Assembly: GCF_006345805.1 (NCBI RefSeq)
Contig: NC_042998.1
Coordinates: forward strand, 18,910,001-18,974,000
Direction of reading: 5' to 3'
Source of the DNA: Octopus sinensis
Lineage: Eukaryota
Length of the DNA: 64,000 nucleotides
Shown: piece by piece, positions 1-12,062 of the stretch
Layout of the letters: every line of letters starts with the position of its first letter
How positions within the stretch are numbered: the first letter of the stretch is position 1
Translations under genes and position numbers: made by a program
Notes under the pieces: model-generated
The model's input: the letters and a program-made list of their open reading frames with translations, nothing else
Told to the model about the DNA's origin: nothing
Databases searched by the model: none

Positions 1-587
1 AAGCGGAAGAACCCCTCGTTCCATGCTGCAAATAAGGCCAAAGTTATTTCATTTGCAGGGAAAGTGATGGTCTCACTGTTTGGAGTGATGCAAAAGGCAT
101 TGTGTTTGCTGAGCATCTTGAAAAGAGCTACACTATCAGTAGAGAGGACTGTGTCAATTGATGAGGCAATTACAAATGTCTCTCAAAATGAAACGCCACG
201 GAAAACTGTCGAAAGGTATCTTGTTTCATCAGGACAATGTTCCAGCGCACAAATCCTTGTTTTTAATGACAGCTGTCTGTGACTGTGACTTTGAACAGGT
301 TGATCATCAGCCCTCTTTTCTTGGTTTGACCCCATTTGACTATGATCTGTTTATCAACATGTTAAACACGTAGGAATCGGGATCGCAATGATGATAACGT
401 CGTATCTGCTGTTCAACTTTACCAAGAGGATGAAAACTTCTTCACCAATGAGACCCAAGCGCTGCAACAACACCGACGGAAAAGTGTGAGTACCGCGAAG
501 GGGACTATGTTGAAAAATAATCACCATTTGGTCACATTTCTCGTCTGTATCTTGGTCAGACTAAGCATCTTTCAGCTGCCCCTCGTA
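1..587 (+). mobile_element. Decayed Tc1/mariner (mariner-type) transposon, 3' part with right TIR
   Basis: Frameshifted translation gives KAKVISFAGKVM..., GKLSKGILFHQDNVPAH and DHQPSFLGLTPFDYDLF, matching mariner motifs (HDNA and HPPYSPDLAP-DY). It ends in ...cagctgcccctcgTA at 587, the reverse complement of a TACGAGGG-type TIR. Confidence 0.88.
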
Positions 588-1556
588 GACTGATTGACAT
601 ATATAGATTCATAAATACATACATATTTGCATACATCTAGCTTCACATCTACTTACACTTTTATGTATGTACTTGAAGATGAAATTATTTCTTACTGTAT
701 CTATGTGGACTTTCATATTTTGTTTTTATTAGATACCATTTCTTCCTTGTCCTTTTCCACTTGATATTTATGCAGAACACACATTGCATTATTGTCAGTT
801 TACGAGGTAAGTAATATGAATACATTGTTCAGTGCTCACGTTTTATGTCCTGGATATACGCTACTTAAATTGATTTCGCAAGATTATTATGTTTTTATTG
901 TATTTACTTCCTAACTGTAGAGACTTATTGTACATAGACAACGTGGAGACATATATATATCAGTGCTTAGGACGACACTTAAAAAACTCAGCTAATAGTT
1001 TCCTTACTGGGACGCAAGTACTTTAGAAACCTATAAAGCATTAACACAGACTAATGTAACAATGTGACCTGCTCTACTTGAGGATAATATTTCATAATAA
1101 TATGATAGACACAAAACCTAAGAGTGATCATATAAACTTTCAAAAATGAATTGAAACTAAAGTATTTAAAATATAATATTGATAATAGTTTAAGCTGTTT
1201 TAGTATTTTCTTTTCTTATAATAGGATTATAATGTTTACAATATTGAGCGTCAGTTATTTTTATTTAAGATTATTTAAATAAATTAAAGACGAAAATTCT
1301 GCTTATGTCAATTATCGTACGCGTCATGTCAAGTTTTTAAGCACTTAGCTCAGCAATTGTTTGTGACAGACTACCTTCCACCCTCGTCGAAATGATTTTG
1401 TCTCATACGCCACTTTAAATTTTATCTAATATACTGAATCTAGCACTTTTACCCGAAAAAAAAGCATCTCCTCCTCTTTCTCAAAGTCTATGAGTAAGTG
1501 TATTTGTGTGCATGTGTTAGTGAATATGCGAACGCACGTATGTAAGTATGCATATA

Positions 1557-1672
<116 letters not shown>

Positions 1673-1677
1673 AATGT

Positions 1678-1872
1678 GACCTTTCCCAATGTAACCTCGT
1701 GTGTACCGTTGGCGATTTTTTTTCCTCTGTCTTCCCTTCTCCTATATTTCCGATGAAGAGCTCCGCTCGAAACGTTAAACCCTCCCTCGTTTCTCCTTTC
1801 CTGAGCGTCGAATATTACTATATTTGTTCCACGACCTCACGTTGTTGTTTTTTTGTGCTTTGTTGTTTGGAT
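1678..1872 (+). mobile_element. ~200-bp (TA)n-embedded mini-element, family P1 (putative solo Penelope pseudo-LTR)
   Basis: Same sequence (gtgtaccgttggcgatt...gaagagctccgctcgaaacgtt...ttgttccacg...tttggatta) recurs at 6848, 14411, 14697(-), 17052, 38281(-), 46565 (partial) and 49590 (diverged). Copies sit next to (TA)n, and all but the partial one carry an HHR-like motif. Confidence 0.7.
1747..1779 (+). ncRNA. Minimal type I hammerhead-like motif (P1, U4C core variant)
   Basis: ttt-CCGATGA-a-gagc-tcc-gctc-GAAACGTT-aaa: stem I ttt/aaa, stem II gagc/gctc, palindromic stem III ACGT. Confidence 0.6.
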
Positions 1873-1905
1873 TATCTCTCTCTCTATATATATATAAATA
1901 TAGTG

Positions 1906-2012
1906 GTTCGGAAAAGACATCGATATAATAAGTACTAGGCTTACAAAGAATAAATCCTGGGTCGATTTCTTCGACTAAACGCGTTGCTCCAGCAAAGCCG
2001 CAGTCAATTGAC
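1906..2012 (+). mobile_element. SINE family A, 3' fragment
   Basis: ataagtactaggcttacaaagaataaatcctgggtcgatt...gctccagcaaagccgcagtc matches the tail of the 4528-4972 copy. Confidence 0.8.
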
Positions 2013-2874
2013 TGAAACAACTATAATAGTGTATGTGTGTTTGTGTGTGTGTGTGTGTGTGTGTACAAGCATACATATGTACGTACATGCACATGTATAT
2101 GTGTGTGTGTATTTTACAAATATATTACAACGCAAATATTGATATACATAATCTCGTAATTCAATTTTTTTTTTCTTTTTTGATTTCCGAACAAAGGAAG
2201 TTTTAGTTCAATTCAGGAAATTTATAGGAAAACTCAGGTGGTATGTGAGAGTGTCCATGGAATGTCTAAATATTGAAGAGGAAATACGAAATTTTTGCTG
2301 CTGTGATTATATTAGTTGTAGAAATCTTATCAAGTCTCAATCTAGATGTAAAGAAGATGCATAATTTAAAACCGAGAGAAAGGAAGTGAAAACCCTATCA
2401 GAAATTGACTAGTATTATGATTAAATACAGTGGTAACAGTTGTGGTGGTGGTGGTAAGAAGCTATACACAGTAATCCTTGTGCTTATGTGATAGATTAAA
2501 ATATATAGTCTTGTGTATTTGACCCTTAATTTTAAACAGAAATATGCATGTGTAAGTATCATAGGGATAGTAGTTGCTGTAAAGTGATTTTATTCTGTTT
2601 GCTATGTGTCTTTTCTTCCTTCGCTTGTTTTGCTAGTCAATAATTTAGGTGGTATTTCTTTTTCTGTATATGATGGAGAAAAGATGATTTAGAAAGTGAA
2701 GGGTATTTAAGTTTTCAGAAGGTTTGTGATAGTTTGATGTGTATAATTTTGTATTTGTGACCATTAGATTTGAACAGAGATATACAAGTGAAAAGTCAAA
2801 AGTGTGTATATAAATTCTGACTGCTAAATGAATTTAATAAAATCGCAGGATGCATGTGTACGTACGCATATATC

Positions 2875-3768
2875 TATATATATAAAACTCTAGTTGTGTG
2901 AGTGTCTGTCCCCTTCGATTTAGATTCCTAACTCCTCCCACATTTTGCGGTGCAGTTTAACCAAATTCGGGTATCTTATAGTCGTGATTCATATCGAGCC
3001 CGTCTGACTATTAGCGCGCGTCAACGATGAGTCTACGATTTTAAAAATAATTTAACATCATTTTTTATTCCATTTTAATGCATAAAATGCATCGTGTGTC
3101 GATGGCGGTGGAGTTGGCGTCCACGCTCACAGCTGCACCTGTTTGCTTCTCCCCCTTCCCTCCCTCGTGAAGCTGTGGGGAAGGGAGTGTAAAGAAATTA
3201 ACGTCGTAATGCGTTGTGAAGGAAACCATCGTTCTTTTCGAACAACGACTTCATGGCTTGAAGACACCAAAACAAAAATGGCTAAGAAAGCCCGAATTTA
3301 TAAGGGAAGTAACTCTCTAAAAATGCTTATATAGTTATTTCCCTTACAAACCCGAGCAACGCCGGGCGATACTGCTAGTTTATATATAAAAGAGAGGTTG
3401 TGTGTCTGTCTCCTACGATTTAGATTCCTAACTACCCCCACATTTTGCGGTTTAACCAAAACCGGATATCTTATAGTCGTGATTCATATCAAGCCCTTCT
3501 GGGTATTAGCGCGCGTCTACGATGAGACTACGGTTTAAAAAAAAATTATCATCATTTTTTCCATTTTAATGCATTTTTTTCGCTTATTATATAAGGGAAG
3601 TAACTCTCTATAAATGTCTACGATGAGTCAACGATTTCAAAAAAAATTACCATCATTTTTTTTCCATTTTTAATGCATTTTTTTGCTATTTTTTTAAATA
3701 TAACTCTCTAAAAATGCTTATATAGTTATTTCCCTTACAAACCCGAGCAACGCCGGGCGATACTGCTA
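2875..3768 (-). mobile_element. Two tandem copies of a non-autonomous Helitron-like repeat
   Basis: Direct repeats at 2875-3379 and 3380-3768. On the minus strand the first begins ACTAGCAGTATCGCCCGGCGTTGCTCGGGTTTGT (the second differs only in its first bases), and that start is shared with 29602(+). No TIR or TSD. The Helitron class is an inference from terminus style. Confidence 0.5.
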
Positions 3769-4527
3769 CTATTTAATAAAATAATAGAAGAAATGTTCAC
3801 TGTACTCACAAGAAAGTAGTCGTTTTTCCACAGGTGGTTATTGCAGGCACTATGAAGTCAGTTTTAAACTGTCGATTTCATATCACAACTTTCGCAAGAA
3901 TTGAAATGTTTGAGTTGAGTTGGCTTTTGTTTCTTCAATTACTTACTAAGTACAGCGATGAAAAATCACGTCTGGTTGCCACGGTTGTCTATTTTATTAT
4001 AGTTGCAAAAATACTAGAGGAATCGACGTAAGATTGAATAATAAACCGCGATTAGTGAACCACGATATGGCGCGGGATTTCTGTAGTGAAACCAGTAAAA
4101 TCGATGAAGCATTAAAGCAGAACTAAGATTAGTTATGGATGAGGAAGTAAAACCTTATACTAAACGGAGTCCCGCTTCGACTGTTTCTTATGAAACTTAA
4201 GTTAAAGTAACAAAGTTTTGAAGAAATTAAAAGTTACTAAATATTCAGGAAGATGAATGTGTACAGAATAATATAATATCAGTGTCTTCAGTACAGTGGC
4301 GAAAGAAGTTTTGGGATTAGTGTTAAAGAGATTTGGGCTCAGCATCGAATACATATTCTAGTCAACATAACGTTATCTCCATACACGCATAAATACACAC
4401 ATACACACAAACACACACAAACACACACACACACACACACATATATATACATACAGGCACACATTCACTAACTCACTCACTCATACATACACAAAGTGAC
4501 AGGCGTGCAAGTCGTTCTTCCACATAC

Positions 4528-4717
4528 ATGGAGTGGTTGTGTGGTAAGTAGCTTGCTAACCGACCACATGGTTCCGGGTTCAGTCCCACTGCGTGGCATC
4601 TTGGGCAAGTGTCTTCTGCTATAGCCCCGGGCCGACCAATGCCTTGTGAGTGGATTTTGGTAGACGGAAACTGAAAGAAGCCTGTCGTATATATGTGTAT
4701 ATATATATATATATATA

Positions 4718-4774
<57 letters not shown>

Positions 4775-4972
4775 TGTTTGTCCCCCTAGCATTGCTTGAC
4801 AACCGATGCTGGTGTGTTTACGTCCCCGTCACTTAGCGGGTCGGCAAAAGAGACCGATAGAATAAGTACTGGGCTTACAAAGAATAAGTCCCGGGGTCGA
4901 TTTGCTCGACTAAAGGCGGTGCTCCAGCATGGCCGCAGTCAAATGACTGAAACAAGTAAAAGAGTAAAAGAG
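4528..4972 (+). mobile_element. tRNA-derived SINE family A, full length, with internal (TA)n(TG)n
   Basis: Head with A/B-box-like tggtaagtagc...ggttcagtcc, body cttgggcaagtgtcttct, internal microsatellite, and tail ...gactgaaacaagtaaaagagtaaaaga. Multiple copies in the window. Confidence 0.85.
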
Positions 4973-5373
4973 AGATACATGATATCGGTGTGTGGTCGTT
5001 TTACGTACAAATGTACAAATGAGTTCAATAAATATCTATTGTATAAAAAGCGCGTGGAATTTGGTACGATATTACGTAACTGTAATACCTTTCTTATAAT
5101 AAATTATTCGTGTGAACAACCTTACAGTCGGCTGAACACATACATATAAGATGTAGCACAACAACAATAAACAAAATTGTTATATATAATATTTCCAAGT
5201 TTTGGCTGAATGCAACTCGTCATGTAGTTGTCAAGATGAGGAGTTTGTCAGGTATGAAATTAATCCTCAGGAAATTTGGCATATTTCAGTACGTTGAGAT
5301 AATCTTAAATTTCATTCTGTTGTAGACAGGAGCAGGTTGTCACATAATGATTATCATCTTGTTATTTGTGTAT

Positions 5374-5463
5374 AAGTTTGTTCGATGAAATAAGTTTCTT
5401 CGATGAAGTAAGTTTGTTTGATGAAGTAAATTTGTTCGATGAATTACGTTTGTCAAATGAAAT
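5374..5463. repeat. 18-bp minisatellite, about 5 copies
   Basis: aagtttgttcgatgaagt-like unit repeated with substitutions. Confidence 0.75.
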
Positions 5464-5887
5464 AAGGATAGAATAAGGATGAAAGCAGTACAACGAAGGA
5501 AATATATCCTCAACGGAATATAACAAAGTGCCAGTGACTTCTTTACTTATCAAAAAGTAACTCACTAACATAAGGGCTGTTTACTATTTCTATAATAATG
5601 TTGATAATCTAATTGATAACGGCAATGATTTTCAGGACTACAAAGTTTTTGAGAAGACTGGTTGTTAAGGAGTAAAATTTCATTACATCACACTGAATGC
5701 ATCTGAGCTATTCTTTTTTATTCCCTTTGATAATAAACTATATAATTTCGGCTCTACAACATGTAATGCTAAATAGTAGCGCAGTGTAAGAGCGTACCAT
5801 TGGATGTAAGTCTCATATAAAGCCACTCTAAGGCATAACGCTGGAAATATTTCGTAACGTTTCACATGGAACTTTTGGGTACAGTAC

Positions 5888-6281
5888 TCTTACTTTTTCA
5901 GTCTTTTATTTGTTTCAGTCATTTGAGTATGGCCATGCTTGAGCACCGCCTTTAGTCGAGCAAGTCGACCCCAGGACTTATTATTTGTTAGCCAAGTACT
6001 AATTCTAACGGTCTCTTTTGCCGAACCACCACACCAGCATTGGTTGTCAACCGATGTTGGGGGGACAAACACAGACACACGAACATATACATACTCACAT
6101 ATATACATATATATATACATATATAAGACGGGCTTCTTTCAGTTTCCGTCTACCAAATCTACTCACAAGGCTTTGGTCGGCCTGAGGCTATAGTAGAAGA
6201 CACTTGCCCAAGGTGCCACGCAATGGGACTGAACCCGGAACCATGTGGTTGGTAAGCAAGCTACTTACCACACAGCCACTC
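5888..6281 (-). mobile_element. SINE family A, full length
   Basis: Reverse complement of the 4528-4972 copy, including an internal microsatellite. Confidence 0.85.
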
Positions 6282-6584
6282 GTACGCCAATGGCGATAAA
6301 ACAGAAAGGTAACGAAAGAATTGTAACTTGTAATAAAACATGTGCTAAACGATTTGTTTGTTGTTTTATTATGATTATACTTTACTCTAAGTCTATATAT
6401 GGCATTTACCGACGTCTTGCCTAGTTTTTCTACATCAACCGAATTTCGAAGATCCTTGAAATTCGACTTGAAGATTATACATAGCCACAAGCTTGACATC
6501 AGTATTGTATTGGAAAATCCCCAATTGTCTACTTTTTTACAGACAAACCATAATATTCTGTTGTATCTATACCTGAGAATTTGT

Positions 6585-6790
6585 TTATTGAGCGAAAACA
6601 CCTAAAAGCTTCACGAGGCTCCGGCAGCGGGTGATGATCCCTGCTGTACTCTTTCACCACTCTTTCTTCTGTTGGCCCGCTCGCTTAGCCAGCGGGGTGG
6701 CGTCATTCGAAGGCTAAAACCATGCGAACGCATTGTGACCAACGATGTGTAACAACATCTGATGGTCTGGTTAGTCACATGATCACGTGA
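6585..6790 (+). mobile_element. SINE family C body, 5'-truncated
   Basis: tttattgagcgaaaacacctaaaagcttcacgagg matches the post-head segment of the minus-strand SINE at 20482-20740 (tttatgagcgaagcacctaagctcc). Confidence 0.65.
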
Positions 6791-6796
6791 TTATAT

Positions 6797-6842
<46 letters not shown>

Positions 6843-6847
6843 ATATG

Positions 6848-6972
6848 CCGTGCGTATCGTTGGTGATTGTCTTTCTCCGTCTTCTTTTTCTTGGACCTTT
6901 CCTTTTTCTATGTTTCTGACGAAGAGCTCCGCTCGAAACGTTAAATCCTCCTTCTTTGTTTTCTTTCCTGAG
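6848..6972 (+). mobile_element. P1 mini-element, 3'-truncated
   Basis: Homologous to 14411-14540. Confidence 0.7.
6913..6945 (+). ncRNA. Minimal type I hammerhead-like motif (P1, canonical CUGACGA core)
   Basis: ttt-CTGACGA-a-gagc-tcc-gctc-GAAACGTT-aaa; predicted cleavage after GUU. Confidence 0.72.
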
Positions 6973-7310
6973 AATTTGTAACCAATATTTTTGATGTGTC
7001 ATTTCATAAATATATTAACGTTTCGTCAATTACTTGATGATAAAATGGCGATGAAGCGATTGTAGTGTGATGAAGTAGGGTATGTTGCTCAATTCATTCA
7101 CTGGTTATTTATATGTTTTATATATACTGTACAGGATATCCACTGATTTCAAGTCGTATAGTGAGTGATAAGCTCGGTTCTTGGTGCATGTTTGAATCTG
7201 TCTTCAGTACATGTAACAAGGTCTTTCAAGCAAAATTGAATTGCTACACACACACATACAACAACGTATATATACATACATATACATATTTATACATACA
7301 AATATATATA

Positions 7311-7341
<31 letters not shown>

Positions 7342-7448
7342 CCGGAGTAAACACATAAATGTGAAACAAGGTGGAAAAAAGAGTACTCAAATACCAGTGG
7401 TAGAGTAATATGCTTTATTTTAAGCAGCAGAAGAAAAATTCACAAAAT

Positions 7449-7486
7449 CTGTTACTCTGAGTTTCTCGTTGCCGTTCATCAGACAG
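7449..7486 (-). ncRNA. Type I hammerhead-like motif (family P3)
   Basis: Minus strand: ctgt-CTGATGA-acggcaacga-GAA-ACTC-A-GAGT-A-acag. Stem I ctgt/acag, palindromic stem III, GUA site. Confidence 0.72.
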
Positions 7487-8760
7487 TTTTTGCTAGAATG
7501 GAACATATATATTAATTCAATCTATACTCTTACAAACGCTACACCTTTAAAAAGAAATGGACTTGTTTGATTGGCCCTTTAGAAAAAACGGTCAATCTTC
7601 GAGCGATAAACAAAAAGGTCAAAAAATTATGTATATATATATAAAACTTATAAAAATTATAAAAATTATAAAATCCGAGGAAAAAACCGAGGAAAAAACC
7701 TATTGCCGTTAATGAAGACAGTACAAATTAATGCATAGAAATTAAACCTGTTATAAATACTGCAATACATATTTATATTAAAATCCACATATATATATCA
7801 ACATACACAAAAGGATGCGCGTAAACGCCATACATACATACAGACGTATGAATATGAATCTAAATTATACACATAAAAGCATGTGTACATATATTCACGC
7901 AAACCGTCTCGCACGCAAGCTAAAATTCATCTATGTAGCATTCTCATATACTGAGCAAGGAGGGGGAACGAAAGAAAGGGAAAGAGAGAAAAAGGAACGA
8001 AAGAGGGGTGGGGGGGGGGGAAACTTGTAGCGATGTTATTGGCATCTATAGAGGCCAGTATACATACACAAGTTTGAATTGATACATATACATACCGTCG
8101 TGTGTATGCGTGCTTAAGCACAAGCATACTTTCACTTACACATACACAGATACGCATGCTTACAAATACATATGCTTTGCTATACACAAACTTATATAAA
8201 CATTCTAAATTTGACAACATTGCTTTTTTTAAAAAAAAACAAAAAAAAACATTGCTTTTAAAAAAAAATGGGTGCATTAATAAAAATATATACGAAAGAC
8301 ATATAAAATAAAATATAACATCCTATTTTGGGTCATTTATAAATAATCAAGGTAATATAAATAATCAAGGTAATCCTATGCAATACAATAACATGAAAAC
8401 AAAGTTTGTAGGTTTTTCCTAATATATATGTAGAAACAATAAGACTTTGCTATAGATCCGTCGTAGCGCTTAAGAGTCAAAATCAAAATCAAAAATCAAA
8501 ATACAAAATATATACTCTATCCATATGGTATATTTATATAAGGGATAGGTATATTTTTCTGAGAAAAATCCAGCGGGTAAAGTTCCATCTTTTTCAGCTG
8601 TTTGTTCTTCCTACTTGTGCAGAGTCGCTCAAACTTTTACAAGGAGCGGGTTAGACCGGAGTAAACACATAAATGTGAAACAAGGTGGAAAAAAGAGTAC
8701 TCAAATAACCAGTTGTAGAGTAATATGCTTTATTTTAAGCAGCAGAAAATTCAACAAAAT

Positions 8761-8798
8761 CTGTTACTCTGAGTTTCTCGTTGCCGTTCATCAGACAG
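8761..8798 (-). ncRNA. Type I hammerhead-like motif (P3), second amplicon copy
   Basis: Identical to 7449-7486. Confidence 0.72.
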
Positions 8799-10351
8799 TT
8801 TTTGCTAGAATGGAACATATATATTAATTCAATCTATACTCTTACAAACGCTACACCTTTAAAAAGAAATGGACTTGTTTGATTGGCCCTTTAGAAAAAA
8901 CGGTCAATCTTCGAGCGATAAACAAAAAGGTCAAAAATATATGTATATATATATAAAAAAACTTATAAAAATTATAAAAATTATAAAATCCGAGGAAAAA
9001 ACCGAGGAAAAAACCTATTGCCGTTAATGAAGACAGTACAAATTAATGCATAGAAATTAAACCTGTTATAAATACTGCAATACATATTTATATAAAATCA
9101 CATATATATATCAACATACACAAAAGGATGCGCGTAAACGCCATACATACATATACAGACGTATGAATATGAATCTAAATTATACACATAAAAGCATGTG
9201 TAATATATTCACGCAAACCGTCTCGCACGCAAGCTAAAATTCATCTATGTAGCAATTCTCATATACTGAGCAAGGAGGGATTTTTCTCAGAAAAATATAC
9301 CTATCCCTAAATAAATATACCATATGGATAGAGTATATTTTGTATTTTGATTTTGATTTTGATTTTGACTCTTAAGCGCTACGACGGATCTATAGCAAGT
9401 CTTATTGTTTCTACATATATATTAGGAAAACCTACAAACTTTGTTTTCATGTTATTGTATTGCATAGGATTACCTTGATTATTTATATTACCTTGATTAT
9501 TTATAAATGACCCAAAATAGGATGTTATATTTTATTTTATATGTCTTTCGTATATATTTTTATTAATGCACCCATTTTTTTTAAAAGCAATGTTTTTTTT
9601 TTTTTTAAAAAAAAGCAATGTTGTCAAATTTAGAATGTTATATAAGTTTGTGTATAGCAAAGCATATGTATTTGTAAGCATGCGTATCTGTGTATGTGTA
9701 AGTGAAAGTATGCTTGTGCTTAAGCACGCATACACACGACGGTATGTATATGTATCAATTCAAACTTGTGTATGTATATACTGGCCTCTATAGATGCCAA
9801 TAACATCGCTACAAGTTTCCCCCCCACCCCTCTTTCGTTCCTTTTTCTCTCTTTCCCTTTCTTTCGTTCCCCCTCCTTGCTCAGTATATGAGAATTGCTA
9901 CATAGATGAATTTTAGCTTGCGTGCGAGACGGTTTGCGTGAATATATGTACACATGCTTTTATGTGTATAATTTAGATTCATATTCATACGTCTGTATAT
10001 GTATGTATGGCGTTTACGCGCATCCTTTTGTGTATGTTGATATATATATGTGGATTTTAATAAATATGTATTGCAGTATTTATAACAGGTTTAATTTCTA
10101 TGCATTAATTTGTACTGTCTTCATTAACGGCAATAGGTTTTTTCCTCGGTTTTTTCCTCGGATTTTATAATTTTTATAATTTTATAAGTTTTTTTATATA
10201 TATATACATATATTTTTGACCTTTTTGTTTATCGCTCGAAGATTGACCGTTTTTTCTAAAGGGCCAATCAAACAAGTCCATTTCTTTTTAAAGGTGTAGC
10301 GTTTGTAAGAGTATAGATTGAATTAATATATATGTTCCATTCTAGCAAAAA

Positions 10352-10389
10352 CTGTCTGATGAACGGCAACGAGAAACTCAGAGTAACAG
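10352..10389 (+). ncRNA. Type I hammerhead-like motif (P3), inverted amplicon copy
   Basis: ctgtCTGATGAacggcaacgaGAAACTCAGAGTAacag. Confidence 0.72.
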
Positions 10390-11653
10390 ATTTTGTTGAA
10401 TTTTCTGCTGCTTAAAATAAAGCATATTACTCTACCACTGGTATTTGAGTACTCTTTTTCCACCTTGTTCACATTTATGTGTTTACTCCGGTCTAACCCG
10501 CTCTTGTAAAAGTTGAGCGACTCTGCACAAGTAGGAAGAACAAACAGCTGAAAAAGATGGAACTTTACCCGCTGGATTTTTCTCAGAAAAATATACCTAT
10601 CCCTAATATAATATACCATATGGATAGAGTATATATTTGTATTTTGATTTTGATTTTGATTTTGACTCTTAAGCGCTACGACGGATTCTATAGCAAAGTC
10701 TTATTGTTTCTACATATATATTAGGAAAAACCTACAAACTTTGTTTTCATGTTATTGTATTGCATAGGATTACCTTGATTATTTATATTACCTTGATTAT
10801 TTATAAATGACCCAAAATAGGATGTTATATTTTATTTTATATGTCTTTCGTATATATTTTTATTAATGCACCCATTTTTTTTAAAAGCAATGTTTTTTTT
10901 TTTTTTTAAAAAAAAGCAATGTTGTCAAATTTAGAATGTTTATATAAGTTTGTGTATAGCAAAGCATATGTATTTGTAAGCATGCGTATCTGTGTATGTG
11001 TAAGTGAAAGTATGCTTGTGCTTAAGCACGCATACACACGACGGTATGTATATGTATCAATTCAAACTTGTGTATGTATACTGGCCTCTATAGATGCCAA
11101 TAACATCGCTACAAGTTTCCCCCCACCCCTCTTTCGTTCCTTTTTCTCTCTTTCCCTTTCTTTCGTTCCCCCTCCTTGCTCAGTATATGAGAATTGCTAC
11201 ATAGATGAATTTTAGCTTGCGTGCGAGACGGTTTGCGTGAATATATGTACACATGCTTTTATGTGTATAATTTAGATTCATATTCATACGTCTGTATATG
11301 TATGTATGGCGTTTACGCGCATCCTTTTGTGTATGTTGATATATATATGTGGATTTTAATATAAATATGTATTGCAGTATTTATAACAGGTTTAATTTCT
11401 ATGCATTAATTTGTACTGTCTTCATTACGGCAATAGGTTTTTTTTCCTCGGGTTTTCCTCGGATTTTATAATTTTTATAATTTTTATAAGTTTTTTTATA
11501 TATATATACATATATTTTTGACCTTTTTGTTTATCGCTCGAAGATTGACCGTTTTTTCTAAAGGGCCAATCAAACAAGTCCATTTCTTTTTAAAGGTGTA
11601 GCGTTTGTAAGAGTATAGATTGAATTAATATATATGTTCCATTCTAGCAAAAA

Positions 11654-11691
11654 CTGTCTGATGAACGGCAACGAGAAACTCAGAGTAACAG
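11654..11691 (+). ncRNA. Type I hammerhead-like motif (P3), inverted amplicon copy
   Basis: Identical to 10352-10389, 1302 nt downstream. Confidence 0.72.
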
Positions 11692-11724
11692 ATTTTGTTG
11701 AATTTTCTGCTGCTTAAAATAAAG

Positions 11725-11750
<26 letters not shown>

Positions 11751-11755
<5 letters not shown>

Positions 11756-11946
11756 ATACAATATGTTACATTACTCGGTAGTCAAGATAAAACTCTGAGT
11801 TTCAGATGCCGAAGTGGAAATCCACAACACCATCTCTTCGGTTATAGCCAGATAACCGAAGAGATGGTGTTGTGGATTTCCACTTCGGCATCTGAAACTC
11901 AGAGTTTTATCTTGACTACCGAGTAATGTAACATATTGTATAGATA
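11751..11946. repeat. Perfect inverted repeat, 95-bp arms, 6-nt spacer (inverted pLTR duplication)
   Basis: 11751-11845 is the exact reverse complement of 11852-11946; spacer agccag. Confidence 0.95.
11851..11911 (+). ncRNA. Hammerhead-like motif with extended stem II (family P4); mirror copy at ~11785-11845(-)
   Basis: gataa-CCGAAGA-gatg-[gtgtt gtgga tt tccac ttcgg]-catc-t-GAA-ACTC-A-GAGT-T-ttatc. Confidence 0.55.
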
Positions 11947-12008
11947 AATTTCCTCTATTTACATAATATTGAGGTCTCTTTCTTTCTTTTGTTATCTTAC
12001 CGTTTTAT

Positions 12009-12057
<49 letters not shown>

Positions 12058-12062
<5 letters not shown>

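Larger units (their letters stand above)
7341..11722. repeat. Tandem plus inverted amplification of a ~1.31-kb unit
   Basis: Forward copies start at 7341 and 8655 (period 1314). Strand switch at ~9278 (gga microhomology), then two inverted copies to ~11722. Copies differ mostly by homopolymer indels. Confidence 0.9.

Noticed and set aside
5374-5463. Short regular repeats as a CRISPR array
   Set aside because: Head-to-tail 18-mers without unique spacers, in eukaryotic context, with no cas genes.
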